Assembly (NCBI GenBank): GCA_030141605.1
Contig: JAQGDQ010000269.1
Span: 124,001 to 188,000, forward strand
Direction: 5' to 3'
Source of the DNA: Tubiluchus corallicola
Taxonomy: Eukaryota; Animalia; Priapulida
DNA length: 64,000 bases
The notes beneath the pieces were generated by a model. The model made no database searches, was not told where the DNA came from, and worked only from the letters and a program-made list of their open reading frames with translations. Below, piece by piece: positions 39,201-51,970 of this stretch. A program made the translations under genes and the position numbers. How positions within the stretch are numbered: position 1 is the first letter of the stretch; each line of letters starts with the position of its first letter.

Positions 39201-42200
39201 TAAAAGATCTAACGGTTAAGAGGAAACTAAAATTTTAGAGCAGTATGATAAACTTCCAAAGATGGAGCAGAGGAGTGCAGCAGAGCAGTTAAAAATTTCC
39301 TAAAGTAGTGAGCTGTCAGCAAGCCAAAATGAGAATCTAGCATCTGAGAGGCAATGCACAGGAAAAGACTGAAGTGGAGTCAGCGTTAAAACTGTCTGTG
39401 GTTTACAAACGCAAGAGACTTACACTAATTCACTTACATATAAATTAATATTTTAAAATACTTCTTTAAAAAAAATTCAACTGCACAAAGGAATTTAGGC
39501 ATTGCTTTGTTTCTTCATTAAATTCATTAAAAACATCTGCAATGCATGCTAAGCTGATTGCTCATACTTTACAGGGTCAAGACACTTCAGTCCCAAAGTG
39601 AGTCTATTAAGCGGCGCCTATTGTATTTGTGTATTTTAATTTTCGTTTATAGTTTATTGTTAAGAATTCAACCTTTGATTAGCTCGAAGACTTGTCAAAG
39701 CTTGTCATGGCACTGAAGCAATTGAAGTTTTTTTGGACTTAAAAATATTTGTTTCTGGCTGTAACATTCGACCGACTATATCGTTTTTTCTGGGTTTTTT
39801 GCACGAATGGGACTTGTGTGCAAAAAGTGCAGTGCTGTAATGTGTGACTACCAAAACTTTCTGGGTACCAAAACTGCCTACAAATTTCTGGGTCTTCTGC
39901 ACAGTGATGTGGTAGGATGGTGAATTTCTTACTGCATTTGTACTGTTAGGTGCCATCCACATATAACGATATCAAGTTTTCAGTGAATTTCGAGGACCTG
40001 CCCACCTTGCATTATAATGGCATTATTATATGCCACACCACCTACCTACCCCTTATACTGATATCGATATCACATCGATGTAGTTTTTTATACATTTTAT
40101 TCTTTGTCCTCCCAAGGACAGGCAATAACATCACTTGTGTTAATTAATGGAAAACCATCAGTGGATCCTACTGGCATTGGCATTGGACGCTGTGACAATG
40201 TCTATTCACTCAGTCAGGTAAGTGAAGTCAGATAACGATACCATGACTAAATCACCTACCACGCATTATAATTGCGTTATCACATCTCCTGCCACATGCC
40301 TACTTTAAACTTGATGTTGTTATCTTTGGATGGCCCCTTAGGGTGAGTTACTTGTTTTTTAAGTTTACGATTACACTGTAAGTTATATTAAACGTACATT
40401 ATATTGAACGTAGCTCCTGCTGAAAGACCACGCTTAGCATTGCAACCTAGATCAACTAATAAAGTGGAAGAGGACAGCATAGCTTCGACAAAGGCACAGC
40501 AGTCAATATTTGGTGGAGCGAAGCCAGTCGATACACTAGCTAAAGAACTTGCGATAGAAGTTAAGCTTCAAAAGGACAAGGATGCCTTAGCTGCTGAGAA
40601 AAAGTCGACTCGAAGTGCGGAATCAAAATCAGCCAAGTACGACTCAAAAGTTATTACTACATGCAGTTGCACAGAATTTCATAAAACGTAGTAGCTTGCA
40701 CTTAGTTTTTAACTTTTAATTAAAATATTGTGAAGCAGTCTATGTGAAGTTGACAATAACTAGCTTCGAATTAAATCTTTTGTGCAAAAAACTACTACCT
40801 GTTGGCTTTGAAAAACATTATTTTGTTAACTGAAAAGTGGAACTATTTAGGAAAGATGCGTACCTAACTATTGCTTAGAGCCATTTACAAGTAAATCTTT
40901 TGTGATTGCACAACGCTGTCAACACTTATCACAATTACTGATGCTATATTAACGTTTAGAAGGAAGGATACAGTCACTTACAGCTCTAATTGTCGATTGT
41001 ACTTTCAATCGAGTCCAGCCCTGAATTTAGTAGAAAAAAACAGATAGCTATCCATGTGTTAGTAAATTATGCGGCTGATCTTTCGGTATTAATTTTTAGT
41101 ATATTCGGTGATGCCAAACCGGTGGACACATTATCTAGGGAGCGAGCAATAGAGGAACGCCTAGCACGCGAAAAACAAGAATTAGCCGCTGAAGTGGAAA
41201 AAAGTAGCTCAGAAACACGTGATGTTAGACTTAGGTTTGTGTCTAGTATATGGTTCAAATCTTGGCTATGTCGTATTATATTAAGAATCTGATTTTTAAA
41301 TTCGAAGTTTGTTAGATTTGTGGTCGCTGCTCACTGTGATAAATACAGGTTTTTGTTCTATGACTTACACTTATTGAGTGTCATCAATAAGTACGCTTAT
41401 TCTCTGTTGATGCAAACGTATCTTAAGCAGAGAAATCAATGCAAAAAAGCTTGAAGGCATTATTTAACCCTCGAAAGCCATAAAACTGATTTTCATTCAT
41501 TTTTTTAAAACATCAAGTCCGCGATAGTTTTCTTTTTGGGGAGGGGGAAGTAAGTTTGCTTTTATTGAGTGTTACTGTTGCAGTGAGACCACTATCAGTG
41601 CTTTAGAAAAATGCTCGTCCCAAGGTGTAAGGCATAAGCAGTCGCAGTGTAGCGGTCAGCTATGGCATTACAAACAGCAAACAGTTAACAGCAAACAGTT
41701 ATAACACACAATGTATAATTAATATTTTATTATACAATATTTCTAAAAAATGTATCGTTCTAAGCAGTTATTCAGGTTGTTAGGCTAAATGCTGATACTT
41801 ATTTTATACAAAACATCTGTAGTGGAACTTGAGCATATGCTTCAACTTTTTGTTATACATGTACGTAATGTAATTGACAATAATAAATTGAGTCCCGTAG
41901 AAGCGGCTTCAAAACAGTTTATTAACATTTTGTAGGCTTAGAGGTCTGTACAACATACGTTAACATTTTTTCAATGCATTTTTATTATTACACTAAGAAT
42001 TCCTAGTTATTATTAAACAAAAGAGACTTATAAATTAAATAACTTACCTTTTTCTGGCATATTTCGAATTGGCGTAAAGGTCGCCATGTTTCGCATCTTT
42101 GGTGCGAGTGAGTAAGAATGATGTATGTAGCGCAAAAAGCGTCTTTGGTTACCGGTGTTTGTTTATGGATCTTTGGTGACCTCGCGCAATGAAAAATGAC

Positions 42201-45200
42201 GCTTCTTCAAATTTAATACTGCTAGCAACAAATCTATTACAGTAAGTTTACAATAAAATAAATTGAGTATTCGTGATGACAGTAGGATTTTAAGTTGTAT
42301 AAGCTTATATCGTAGTGAGAGTTTAATTTGACTGTAATAAGAACTTGCCTTTATTAAAGGCATGGTTTGTACTCTCTGCAACTGTTCATCTATGTTTTGC
42401 TTGCAGTCAAAGTCGGTACAGTTCAGAATACGATGACGACCGATCACGACACTCCTCAGACAGGGATTACGATGACCGACCTGGAACCACGCGACATCGA
42501 CCGCCCAGTGGTGGTCGAGGAGGAAGGAGAGACTCCGCTGGCAAGCTGGGTGATTCGAGTGACGACTCGCGAGATCGCAGGCTAAGTCAAGAAAGACCTG
42601 AACGACAATCTAGTGGGGAAAGGCGCCTCAGTGCAGATGCACGGGATAGTAGACGGTATAGCGAAGATGGATACCCATCTAATGACACTCAAACAGGTGA
42701 TTTCTTGAAAATGTTCTGTTTGTTTTTTCACTTGTAAGAAACTACAATTATTTTTAGACATTCTTATTTTAAAAATGGTTGTTGCTTTAAATAGAAATAA
42801 GTTGTTAAAATAGCAACTTGTTTAATATAATAATTTTATCCATTTTAGGATATATAAATATAAGCCACCAGCTAGAATAAATTTCACGACTCCACACAAA
42901 CACAGCAAACATTTCATTAAATTTCCACATTTTTCGTTAAATGCAGAAATGAACGTTAATATAACAATTTTATCCATTTTACAGAGATATAAATATATGC
43001 CTTCAGCTAAAATTTGCACAGCTCCACCAAAACACTCAAATGTTTCATTAAATTTCCACACTTTTCATACTTTTCATTAAATGTGGAAACGGGCTGTATG
43101 TGTCCACCTGATTCTTTTGCTGATTTTTTTTTCCTGATATCAAAAATTTCACGGCTCCACCTAAAACTCATTTACGACATCCATGTGCCATGCATTTCTG
43201 GAAAGCTAGAATATTTGCATGCAAAACATGGGCGCCTAGCTTAAATTATTGAAACAAAAAAAACCTGTGACAAATTTTTCAATTTATTTATATGACTGGT
43301 AAATAACGAGCTCACAGATTTCTTTTTGTTGCTATATAGTTTTTGTTTGTAGTTTTGCTGTTTATGTGCTGAAAACTATTGCTGCTGACTAAGTAGTGTT
43401 AAAGGTCAAATGCAGCACACTTTATGAAGTTTCAGTTTTACACAAAAACAGAAAGAAAAAGCTCTAACTAACATTTTCTGATAGTTTATGTATGAGGAAA
43501 TCGCGTGTGAAGGTGTCATTTCCGAAGAAAGTCTGGAAGTTGATTTCGCAGGTTTCGCTCGTTGGATGACACCCGCGAAAACACGCCTTAGTTATGGCAG
43601 TGTTAACGTTTCGTTATCACGTATCGCATTTCAGTGTGTTTACAAATTCACAAACAAAGCATTGTTTACAAATTCAACGTAACAGAAATGACTCAATGTC
43701 CAAGGAAGCTGTTGCTAGCACACAGTTTCTAGGAAAGTTGTTGCCAGCACACGGTATCCAAAGAAACTGTTGCTAGCACATGGTGTGCAAGGAAGCTTTT
43801 GCTAGTACACAGTGTCCAAGGAAGCTGTTGCTAGCACATGGTGTCCAAGATAGCTGTTGCTATAACACGGTGTCCAAGGTAGCTGTTTGCTAGCACGCGT
43901 TGTCCAAGGAAGCTGTTGCTAGCACGCGGTGTCCAAGGAAGCTGTTGCTAGCACACAGTATCCAAGGAAGCTTTTGCTAGCACATGGTGTCCAAGGTAGC
44001 TGTTGCTAGCACGCGGTGTCCAAGGAAGCTGTTGCTAGCACACAGTGTCCAAGGAAGCTTTTGCTAGCATGCGGTGTCCAAGGTAGCTGTTGCTATAACA
44101 CGGTGTCCAAGGTAGCTGTTGCTAGCATGTTGTGTCCAAGGAAGCTCTTGCTAGCATGCAGTGTCCAAGGAAGCTGTTGCTAGCATGCGGTGTCCAAGGA
44201 AGCTGTTGCTAGCACACGGTGTCCAAAAATGCTATTGCTAACACACGGTGTGCAAGGAAGCGTTTTGCTAGCACATGCTGTCCAAGAAAGCTGTTGCTAG
44301 GACATTTGTGAAGTTTCGCTAGCAAAATCGAACAAAATGTTTTGGCAAAAAATGCAACTTCAAAGCCTAATTTTGTTAGTAAGGAAGACATGAAATTTAA
44401 TAAAATTGCTGTCAAATTTTAAGTTACGGTTACCTCTTTTTACTAAACAAAACTTTTAATGGGATTATGTGAATTTTCTAATTTTGTTACTATTACTGTA
44501 TGCTGAATGTGTGTCTTAAACTATAACTTCATCTGGGCATAATGTGTGATCCTTAATGATGCATATTGACTGTTTCCATGTGTCCGTGAGCACTATGCAT
44601 TATACTGTTAGACAGAAAAGGAAGCACAGGTTTTGTCTGCACAATATTTTGCAGAGGACAGAACGATACGGCACATATCATCACTTAGCGAAAAAAACTA
44701 CATTTATATGCACTATGCGTAACTATATGCTTCTACCACATACCAAACACTCAAATAAAAAAAATATTTGTGTACAGGTATTAAAACTACCAAAACTCGC
44801 CTAACTAGAATTTCCAGAAAGCTAATCAGCGATAATGGTAACTGGAAACTTGAAAACTTTGCTATTCTCACATGGGCAATGATGGTTTCCCATCTGGATA
44901 TTGCTGCATGAAGCGTATTCGGCATCGATCACGTTCGAATGAATACGGTTCACGTATACATAGAGTCATACCATTAGGCACTCTGCTAGTCCGCAAACAT
45001 TATTGCAAAAATTATTAGGTATTTATTTTACTTTAGCTATTTTTGCAAATAGATAAAGACACATCAAGAAAAGAAGCCAGGCAGCCATCTGACGAACCAC
45101 TAAAAGTAATTCCTGCTCCACCTCCAAAAGAAAATGTGTGGGCAAAGCGAGCACAGCAGCAAACACCAAAAGATAATGAAGAAGCAACTTATGACAAATA

Positions 45201-48200
45201 TTCAAAATATAACGTAGAGCAAGAAGAAATAGTAAGTCACTTAAATGTATTTGCCTTAGTTTAATGTGCAAAGTGATACAAACAATTGCTTTATAATTGT
45301 ACAGAAAAAGTAGTTTTTAAAAGTTTATACCTTGAAAACAGGGGCGTAGCTAGCTTCTAAAGTAAGGGTAGTAAACAAATGTATAAAAAAGGCGCCATGA
45401 TACATAGCAAACAATTTTTATACATTTTAATTTTTTGTTTAAAATCAAAACATGAGGAAGATACAGTTTTAAAGGAAGTACATAATAGTTATTTTGTATT
45501 TAAAATTAAAAGTTAGTGTAAGAAGTTTTACATAGTGCAGTTTCTTCTCCGTGTGTTTCTCCATGGCACTCCTTCACAGAAAAAATTGATGATAGTGTGT
45601 TGTTTTGCTAAACAGTCTTAACAACAGACATGATATAACACCCTCATAATAAAACGTAAAGACACTGAAACTTGCCTTTGCAGTCTATAGTTGACCATAC
45701 GCCTATTGCTAGACAATTGTGTGACAAAAATATATTATAGCGAGATTTGGGGCAATTTGATCCTGGGTTCAATCAGTCAACCTTGACAAATGAGTTGTGT
45801 AAGTGCATGCCCATTTCAAAACCACTGTGAGGCAGGTTGGTCAAATAAACCAAGATTGTTGAAAAGACGTCAATTTTGAAAAATATGCTCGGGGCGGTTG
45901 TTCCCCTTACTCTCCTGTATTGGCTACGTCAGCCCTTGAAAAGCAGAAGCAAAAACACTAACTATAATGCAGTTGTATTTTGTGTGAAGTCATGTGGTCT
46001 TTTAATTAGCAAAGCGAAATTCAGTGAGGTTTTGTGTATCAACATGATAACTTTTTTAAATTTGTTTTTATGTAAGTGCTTGTTTTGCTGCACCAATTTT
46101 AATTTAATGTGATTCTGAGTATCGGACAATGCAGAATAAAAATCAAATTTACTGACGTTCACCTACCATTATTTAGAATAATGCGAATTGGACAACATTG
46201 TTTGCGTTCACAGGTTAGCGAACAGCAAGGGTCTCGGGAGCGATCGTCAAGTCAGTATTCATCATCAGGTGAAGAGCGGATGAGTGACACACGGTCACGG
46301 GGCCAACGCCCTCCAGCTGGACCTTACAGAAGCCAGAGAGACATAGGTATGCCCTAAGGATGTTAACGATAACGATATGTTTCGATAATTGTGTTTTTAT
46401 CATTATCGTATCGATATTATTCAAAGGATATCGTTACAGTAACTATGCAAAGAAGTGGATCAAAAGAATTATTTAAAATTATAAGCTTGTGAAATCATTT
46501 TCTTGTACTTTTGCCTGGCAATAATGGCTATCTTCATTCTGAAGCATACTGACAAAGTATAGAGACCTCTTTTAACACTTTGATACTGACTCGCAGATGC
46601 CAGATGCTGATGCGCAGATTCAAAATACACTGTACTGTATTTTTAGTGTCACTCTTTTGGTCATGTAAAGCTCTCATCGATAAACATTTACTATGACAAC
46701 CAAACTTGTGTTTCATAGGTGTTATTGCCTAAATTGCCTAATTTCGTTATCGTTTTTATCGTTTGAAATAATTAATCGCATCGTGTGAAAATAGATTATT
46801 GTATCGTTGGAAAAGGTATCGTATTGCCAAATTTGTATCGTTTAATATCCCTAGTAAACACTAAACGAAAGGTGAAAATGTTGTGTGAATTAGCAATCTA
46901 CTAATGCCATTTCATCTGTGTTGTTAATTCTTGTATTAAGTCAATACATGGTTGGACTTGTGGTTTCAATTTTCTTCACAATTCGTATGTGAAATGAAGG
47001 GTCTTGATCTAGCATCATTCTTCTCATTAATGAGTCGGGGCTTGTTTGAGCTACTAGGAGGAACAGAAAGCGTCGAAACATTTTCTGAGTTTTTACTGCT
47101 GTTTTTTTCTCAAAATTTATTTTTATTATTTTGAGATATGAAAATCTGATCTCAAGTGTGGAATGTTTAGCTACTCTTAAATCTGTTTAGTTTTTTTTTG
47201 AGAGGTATGCAGATTCCCACAGTCAACATTTTTCAGAACTCGTCCTCCATTTTTTCGGCACCAATGTCTGACGCAGCACCAGTGTCTGAGGTTGTAGGTT
47301 TACTTTACTGCTGGGTGCAGATGCCGCTAGTGAAGAGCATCTTTTGACAAATTGTTGCACGACAGCAACTATCGATAGTCACTATTGTATCATTGCAAAT
47401 TAAATTTTCGTTTTGTTTTGATTCATTCACTTCTTGTGACAGGTTTGTGCTTGAATGTGATTCCTTCTTTTTCAGATGACCAAAATTGGGGTGGACGCCG
47501 CGATCAAGTCGGACGCCGACCAAGGGAAGCAGATCGACAAGGTGACAGAAGTGGAGGAAGAGGAGGAGCTTGGAGGTAAGAATAGCATTATTTTATCGAC
47601 AGTGTTATCTTTGAATACTTACTTACCATATTTCTTGCCATGTAAGACACACCCGGACCTCTATTATGATGCGCGAAATTAAAAGTTGGACCTAATGTTG
47701 TTTTTTTGATTATATTGGCGAAATTTTTTAATAGTCGTATGTCATGATTTCTGTCAACTTGGTTTTTGATTTCAATATAAAATAGTTTCTTCTTGCGGCG
47801 CAGTACAGTGGTCAGCAGATGACGAAAGTCAAAAGTGAACATCTTGCTGTACAGCAGCTGCCTGCAAACTCTCATGTTGTGCTGACATGCTCAAACTTGC
47901 TGCATGTGTGTTTTTAAAGAAATGGTGGTAGCAGGTTCATATTGATGCTTTATAAAGTTTTCATGTTTAGTTGTGTTTAATAACATTTATAATTTAGTGG
48001 ACGTGGTGCTGCTTATCGGCGCGATGATCGCCGAGATGAAAACGTTCCTCGCGATTATGCGGAGAGACCCAGACCATCAGAAGAAAGTAGCAAACCGAGA
48101 AACCGTGGCTGGGAGAAACAACCTCCAAAATATATACAACAGGACCCACCAGTAAGTCTGCACAAGTTTGCTTACGTTCAATTTTGCACAAGATTAGGTA

Positions 48201-48848
48201 AGTAAGTAAGGTAGCTTGTGAGAGACTCAGGAGATAAGTGATGGTTCGACTTGCCCATATAACAATTTAAAATACAAAAAGTGCAAAATGCATTTGAAAT
48301 AATTTTCAACAAAAAACATAAATCGCGGACGAAGCACTTTCAAACACGAAAATCATTTAACTCCACCTTCAACAATTTCAGTTAAAATTTAGCATGGACT
48401 GGGAACAGAGTTCTATATTAGCCACCCCTGCTTTGGGTGCCACCGAGCGATCTCAGTAATAGATTACTAATCAAACATAATCAGTAATTGCGATTACTTG
48501 AAATCAGCGGTATCACCCACCACTGATGCTGATGAGTATAATATTTCTTTTGCTATTAAATAGATGCGATAAAATTGTTTAAGTAAATATATTCTACTCT
48601 GTAAACTGTTGATCGAGGGTTTAATTTCACTCAGGGATCTGCTGTTTTCCTCATATAATGTTGCTGTCAAGCAAAATTAATTTTTATGTAAACAGCCTAT
48701 CTCCATATAATAGCCATATTAATGTTTGGCTTTGAGAACTCAAATTTCTTGCACTCTAGATTGTAATTTGATGTATTTTGACTTACAGGACTGGACTTCG
48801 TCAAATAAATTTCAGCAATTAGAAGATGAGGATCTTGACGAAGAGTGA
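30266..48848 (+). CDS. EIF4B: Eukaryotic translation initiation factor 4B, ~780 aa
   Basis: Exons: 30266-30275, 34617-34767, 35325-35490, 35973-36089, 36191-36356, 36922-37248, 38587-38718, 40414-40636, 41100-41234, 42407-42696, 45053-45231, 46214-46346, 47476-47575, 47998-48151, 48789-48848. Total 2343 nt with all phases consistent. Motifs: [40 protein letters not shown] (FLGNLPYD; [10 protein letters not shown]), DRYG region, [37 protein letters not shown] plus acidic tail. Confidence 0.96.
32445..33410 (-). CDS. Intronless rhodopsin-like (class A) GPCR, 321 aa, MECA/GPR119/adenosine-like orphan, nested antisense in eIF4B intron 1
   Basis: Uninterrupted ORF with 7 hydrophobic segments. Motifs: TM1 PN, TM2 LSMLD, TM3 C and ERY..I.HP, TM4 W, TM5 YAKI, TM6 FVICWIP, TM7 NSIANPLIY, helix 8 F. 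N-terminal sequons NVT and NSS. Confidence 0.93.
   Translation of the reverse strand: MSVLYNVTQVYRNENAIFAQSNSSNVPRRYAITSIKAFFNLVAVCIIAPNLLVAIAVIRYKKLQSNSNWMVLNLSMLDTYNGILSFLLAQTMLGNDSHVPLNVCLFISVSMIFCTTCSLITLALISLERYTAIAHPFLYPKIIHSQYVATAIIFNWIWSISAAMASLYNHRITSSNVRCSIFNMMNVNYFVFCIIGGFLVTAVIIITYAKIMLIARRHQRQINAISKQPNCQFLQNIKIAMVMLKIAGTFVICWIPAIMTSLFLVEFARGGEYLYLEVFTHTMVGLNSIANPLIYAWKYKHFKIAFAHILYCKKGQPNFNY
36922..37248 (+). repeat. EIF4B: Coding 18-nt repeat (GGDR[G/S]Y)n of the eIF4B DRYG domain
   Basis: Roughly 15 hexapeptide units within a 327-nt phase 1-1 exon. Confidence 0.9.
37300..37585. repeat. Nested inverted repeat (84-bp perfect outer arms)
   Basis: 37300-37383 is the exact reverse complement of 37502-37585. 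The inner (TA)n-GCTACAAACAGCGACAT / ATGTCGTTGTTTGTAGC-(AT)n also pair. Confidence 0.95.
37587..37860. repeat. 139-bp direct tandem duplication
   Basis: GGCAATGATAATCTTTTA.. starts at 37591 and at 37730; two highly similar copies. Confidence 0.9.
38769..39623 (+). mobile_element. Tigger/pogo deletion derivative with transposase HTH remnant
   Basis: TA-flanked TIRs CAGTAAGTGCCGCTTAATTGACTCA / TGAGTCTATTAAGCGGCGCCTATTG. Degenerate [45 protein letters not shown] (CENP-B/psq-type HTH) at 39188-39410. Confidence 0.75.
42835..43080. repeat. Diverged ~134-bp tandem duplication
   Basis: TTTTATCCATTTTA..ATATAAATAT..CAGCTA..TTTCATTAAATTTCCACA occurs twice. Confidence 0.7.
43697..44302. repeat. 29-bp minisatellite, ~20 copies
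   Basis: Unit GTCCAAGGAAGCTGTTGCTAGCAC(A/G)(C/T)(A/G)GT in an eIF4B intron. Confidence 0.95.
45339..45934. mobile_element. hAT-like MITE
   Basis: Starts CAGGGGCGTAGCTAG and ends near GGCTACGTCAGCC; perfect 8-bp TSD CTTGAAAA (45331-45338, 45935-45942). Confidence 0.75.
46355..46853. mobile_element. hAT-like MITE (ATCGTT-rich)
   Basis: Termini TAAGGATGTTAACGAT / ATCGTTTAATATCCCTA; inserted 8 bp into an eIF4B intron. Confidence 0.6.
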
Positions 48849-51405
48849 TTTGTGTGCGTATTCCATTTCTTTTTTGTACTTTTATGCTTAAGATTTTCAT
48901 ATTTAGTACTCTGTTTGTCTTGATTTAAGACAAACTGTTATTTGGCCTAATAGGGTACATCGTTAGAAACGCTATGGATAACAAGTATTTGGAAAATCTC
49001 TGCTTTGAGATGCATACATCTTGCTTATTACTGCCATGTAATTTGACACTGAGGTTACGATTTGGAATTCTTTTTCACAACAGCATTTTTTCACTTTGTT
49101 GCAATAAGCATCTATGGACAACAATTTTTGTTTATGCACAAAACGAGAATTAATTTTCCTAAGTAAATCTCATAGTTTATTTGTTTAAAATTGCAGATTG
49201 ACAACGGCCGGTCGATTCTATGATTCTGCTTTATTCGTATCGTTCTTTGAAATCGAGAATTCTTTGATGCCCTGACTACAAGTATCTTGGAGTAAACCAA
49301 ATACAATTTTGTCGCTGTATTGTGTTTTTTCTGGGCCGTGTGTTGATCTTAGCTGACAATGAGTAACTAGACAGCAATGTCAGTTTTGTACACAGTTATT
49401 GGTGCTACCAGAATTTTATCATGTAGCTTGAAATTAGTATTGACTGTCGAGAATGAAACAGCTGCTGTGTTTGCTCAAATTTGTTAAATGGGGCATTATA
49501 TTGTGAAGATAGTTTATCTTTTAGTAAGTGTAAATTGTAGAGTTGAAGCATGTGAGATTCCGTACTAGTAGTTCTCGCATAGTACAAAATGCGGATTTTC
49601 CATGGTTACTGCTGCAATGTATGTGACGGGTTGTTATTCACGGATCTTGCTTCTGATGCACGGTAAAAGTTCTGTAGCTGAATACAGACAGCTGTTGTCA
49701 TATTTGATACATGCCTGTAGGCACGTAATAGAAAGGATTCGAGCATTGCTTTGGATGCATCGAAAGTTTTTCTGGATCACTACTGTCTTTTCACAAATTG
49801 TGTTCAACATATCCGCTGCACCGTCTGGTTTGTAAAATGTCATCTTACTCTGTGTATGCCAAATAATGTTTCGCTATGTTGGATGTTTCATAAGTATCTT
49901 GACAAAGTTTAGCAAAAATTTATAGATGAGCATTTTCAGTAACTCATATTGGAAATGCAGTTTTTGTCTAGCTGTTTGTCAGAAAAGAACATCGAGTTAA
50001 TAGCATAAATAGGCACAACTTATGGAACAAGTAATTACCATGCGTACGTTCCTGTTCATATGCTGATTTTCCGATTTAACATTGGCCAAGTTGGCTCATT
50101 TTTTTAGCTGTAAATATTTAGTCTTCATATCTACTATTATGATAAGCAAATGCATCTGAGAATAATGTAAGGATTGTCCATGAGGAATTTACTTTTGTCA
50201 CTGTTAAACCAAAGTTTTTTTCTATTACAAACCTGCTACGTGTCACGAAAATTTTTGCAACGTTGAACCTGCTACATTCGACGTTGCCTGTACATTTTGA
50301 TGATGCCATTTTTTGTAAAAAAAGAAGACTATTTTTATATGAAAAGAAAAAACTAGCGAAAAATTTTCTTCTGCTAAAACTGCTTGTATGTTTGTCAATA
50401 ACATTGCTGATGTTATTTTTGGAATTTTCTTCCGTGCGATGTATTCACTATGACTCATTACTACTAACATATTATAGCTAACGTCAGTTATCGGTCACAT
50501 GTTTCTTGTTTTTGGCAAGCTTTGTAGGACTTTAAGCACTTCAAATTGCCTCCACTTTTTTCAGTGACATTTATTTAAGTGTGGACAGAAGAGGGCACTG
50601 TTGTGCCTTTGTTATGGCGACATGCTGTGAATATCATTGATTATCGTTAGGTTTATAATTATATTTATGAACTTGGTGTAGGCCATCTTTATATACGTAA
50701 AGAATGTAAATAGTGATCAGAATACATAACAGAATGATCCATGTATTCGATTATCATGATTTATTTACGACCGATTCTTGCATAAATATTTAGATTTTTT
50801 GTTTGTTTAATGCAAGAGCAAGGACTGAACGAGGATGACGTGTTGGGTATTTTTATTCACTTGCCAGAGTTTTCAAGAAGTTTGCCTTGTTTCTTTTTTT
50901 GAAAAATCTTTTGCCGAGACAATTGTGAATTATTCTATGATCTTACTGTGAAAATCACGTTTTTGTGTGGTGGCACTGAATTGTGATGCAGCCGTGTTGT
51001 TCACTTCTGAAGTAGATTTTGCTTGTTTTGGTGTGTTATTGCCGTAGCTACATTTGCGGTATTATTTTTTTCGGCATTGTTTTTGGAAACTTTTATCTTT
51101 TTGTTGTCCATTGTTTCTGTTGTAACAAGTTTGTCATTATTTCTAAACTTGAACTATGTAAATACTTATAAGGAGAGGTGTTATTTTGAATATTGAGTGT
51201 AGGTCATGTAGTCGAATATTGGTTTTGTGCTGTAGTAGCTTTTATTGTATTTGTAATTATGTAGGAAATTGGTTAAACTTATGCTGATATAGTGATCATA
51301 GTGGTGACTATTCGCATTAATTTGTGAGAAGTATTATTTATTACTTCACAAATCTAGTAATCCGTCATTATAGTCTCCATGCTTAGGCTGCCACAAATGT
51401 ATTAT

Positions 51406-51411
51406 AATAAA
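51406..51411 (+). terminator. Putative eIF4B polyadenylation signal
   Basis: AATAAA followed by a T-rich downstream element (51436-51451), ending a ~2.6-kb U-rich 3'UTR-like region. Confidence 0.5.
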
Positions 51412-51591
51412 ATTGAATGTTGATTAAAAATATAGTTTCTTTTTTTCTTTTACGTGAGTTACTTGAAGAGTACAATGTATCTGTATGCAAATAATAAAGT
51501 AATGTAGTCTTCATATGAGTGATTACTCAATGGATGTGTAATACTACTACAGTCTAGTACTGTTCTTTTTGACTTGCTAGATTGTTCTGCC

Positions 51592-51970
51592 CAGGGCCGG
51601 ATTAATGTGTGTTGGTGCCCTAAGCACACTCAGCCCCGGCTCCGTCCTTTGACCCATGACACTTTGTATTATTAACTTACGTATTATGAGGTACAAATTT
51701 TGTGACATTACACATACAAACCTCATTGCTCTATGTAGAATTTATGCCACTTAAATCTTTTAATAAATCAGCTACAAAAACGTATGGTGCCCCCAACGGC
51801 AAAAAATTTTGTAGACCTCTACCTCACATTTTGAATTGCAAGACTTTTATGGTCTTTAACATACTTTATTAAAATTTCAACTGTTTTGAATTTATTTTTG
51901 CCAGTTTAGTACACCGAGACTTGGTGCCCTAAGCACATGCTTAGTCTTGCTTTTGCGGTAATCCGGCCTG
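51592..51970. mobile_element. hAT-like MITE
   Basis: TIRs CAGGGCCGGATTA / TAATCCGGCCTG; TSD GTTCTGCC / GTTCTGCA (7/8); internal repeated GGTGCCCTAAGCAC. Confidence 0.8.

Noticed and set aside
43697-44302. CRISPR-like appearance of the 29-bp array (and of the 40-bp array at 21757-22620)
   Set aside because: The variable parts are 7 bp or less and related to one another, there are no unique spacers or cas genes, and the context is a eukaryotic intron.
47797-47860. Hammerhead-like motif (CAGATGA-CGAAAG-TC) within a small stem-loop
   Set aside because: Lacks the CUGAnGA core and a proper stem II/GAAA arrangement.
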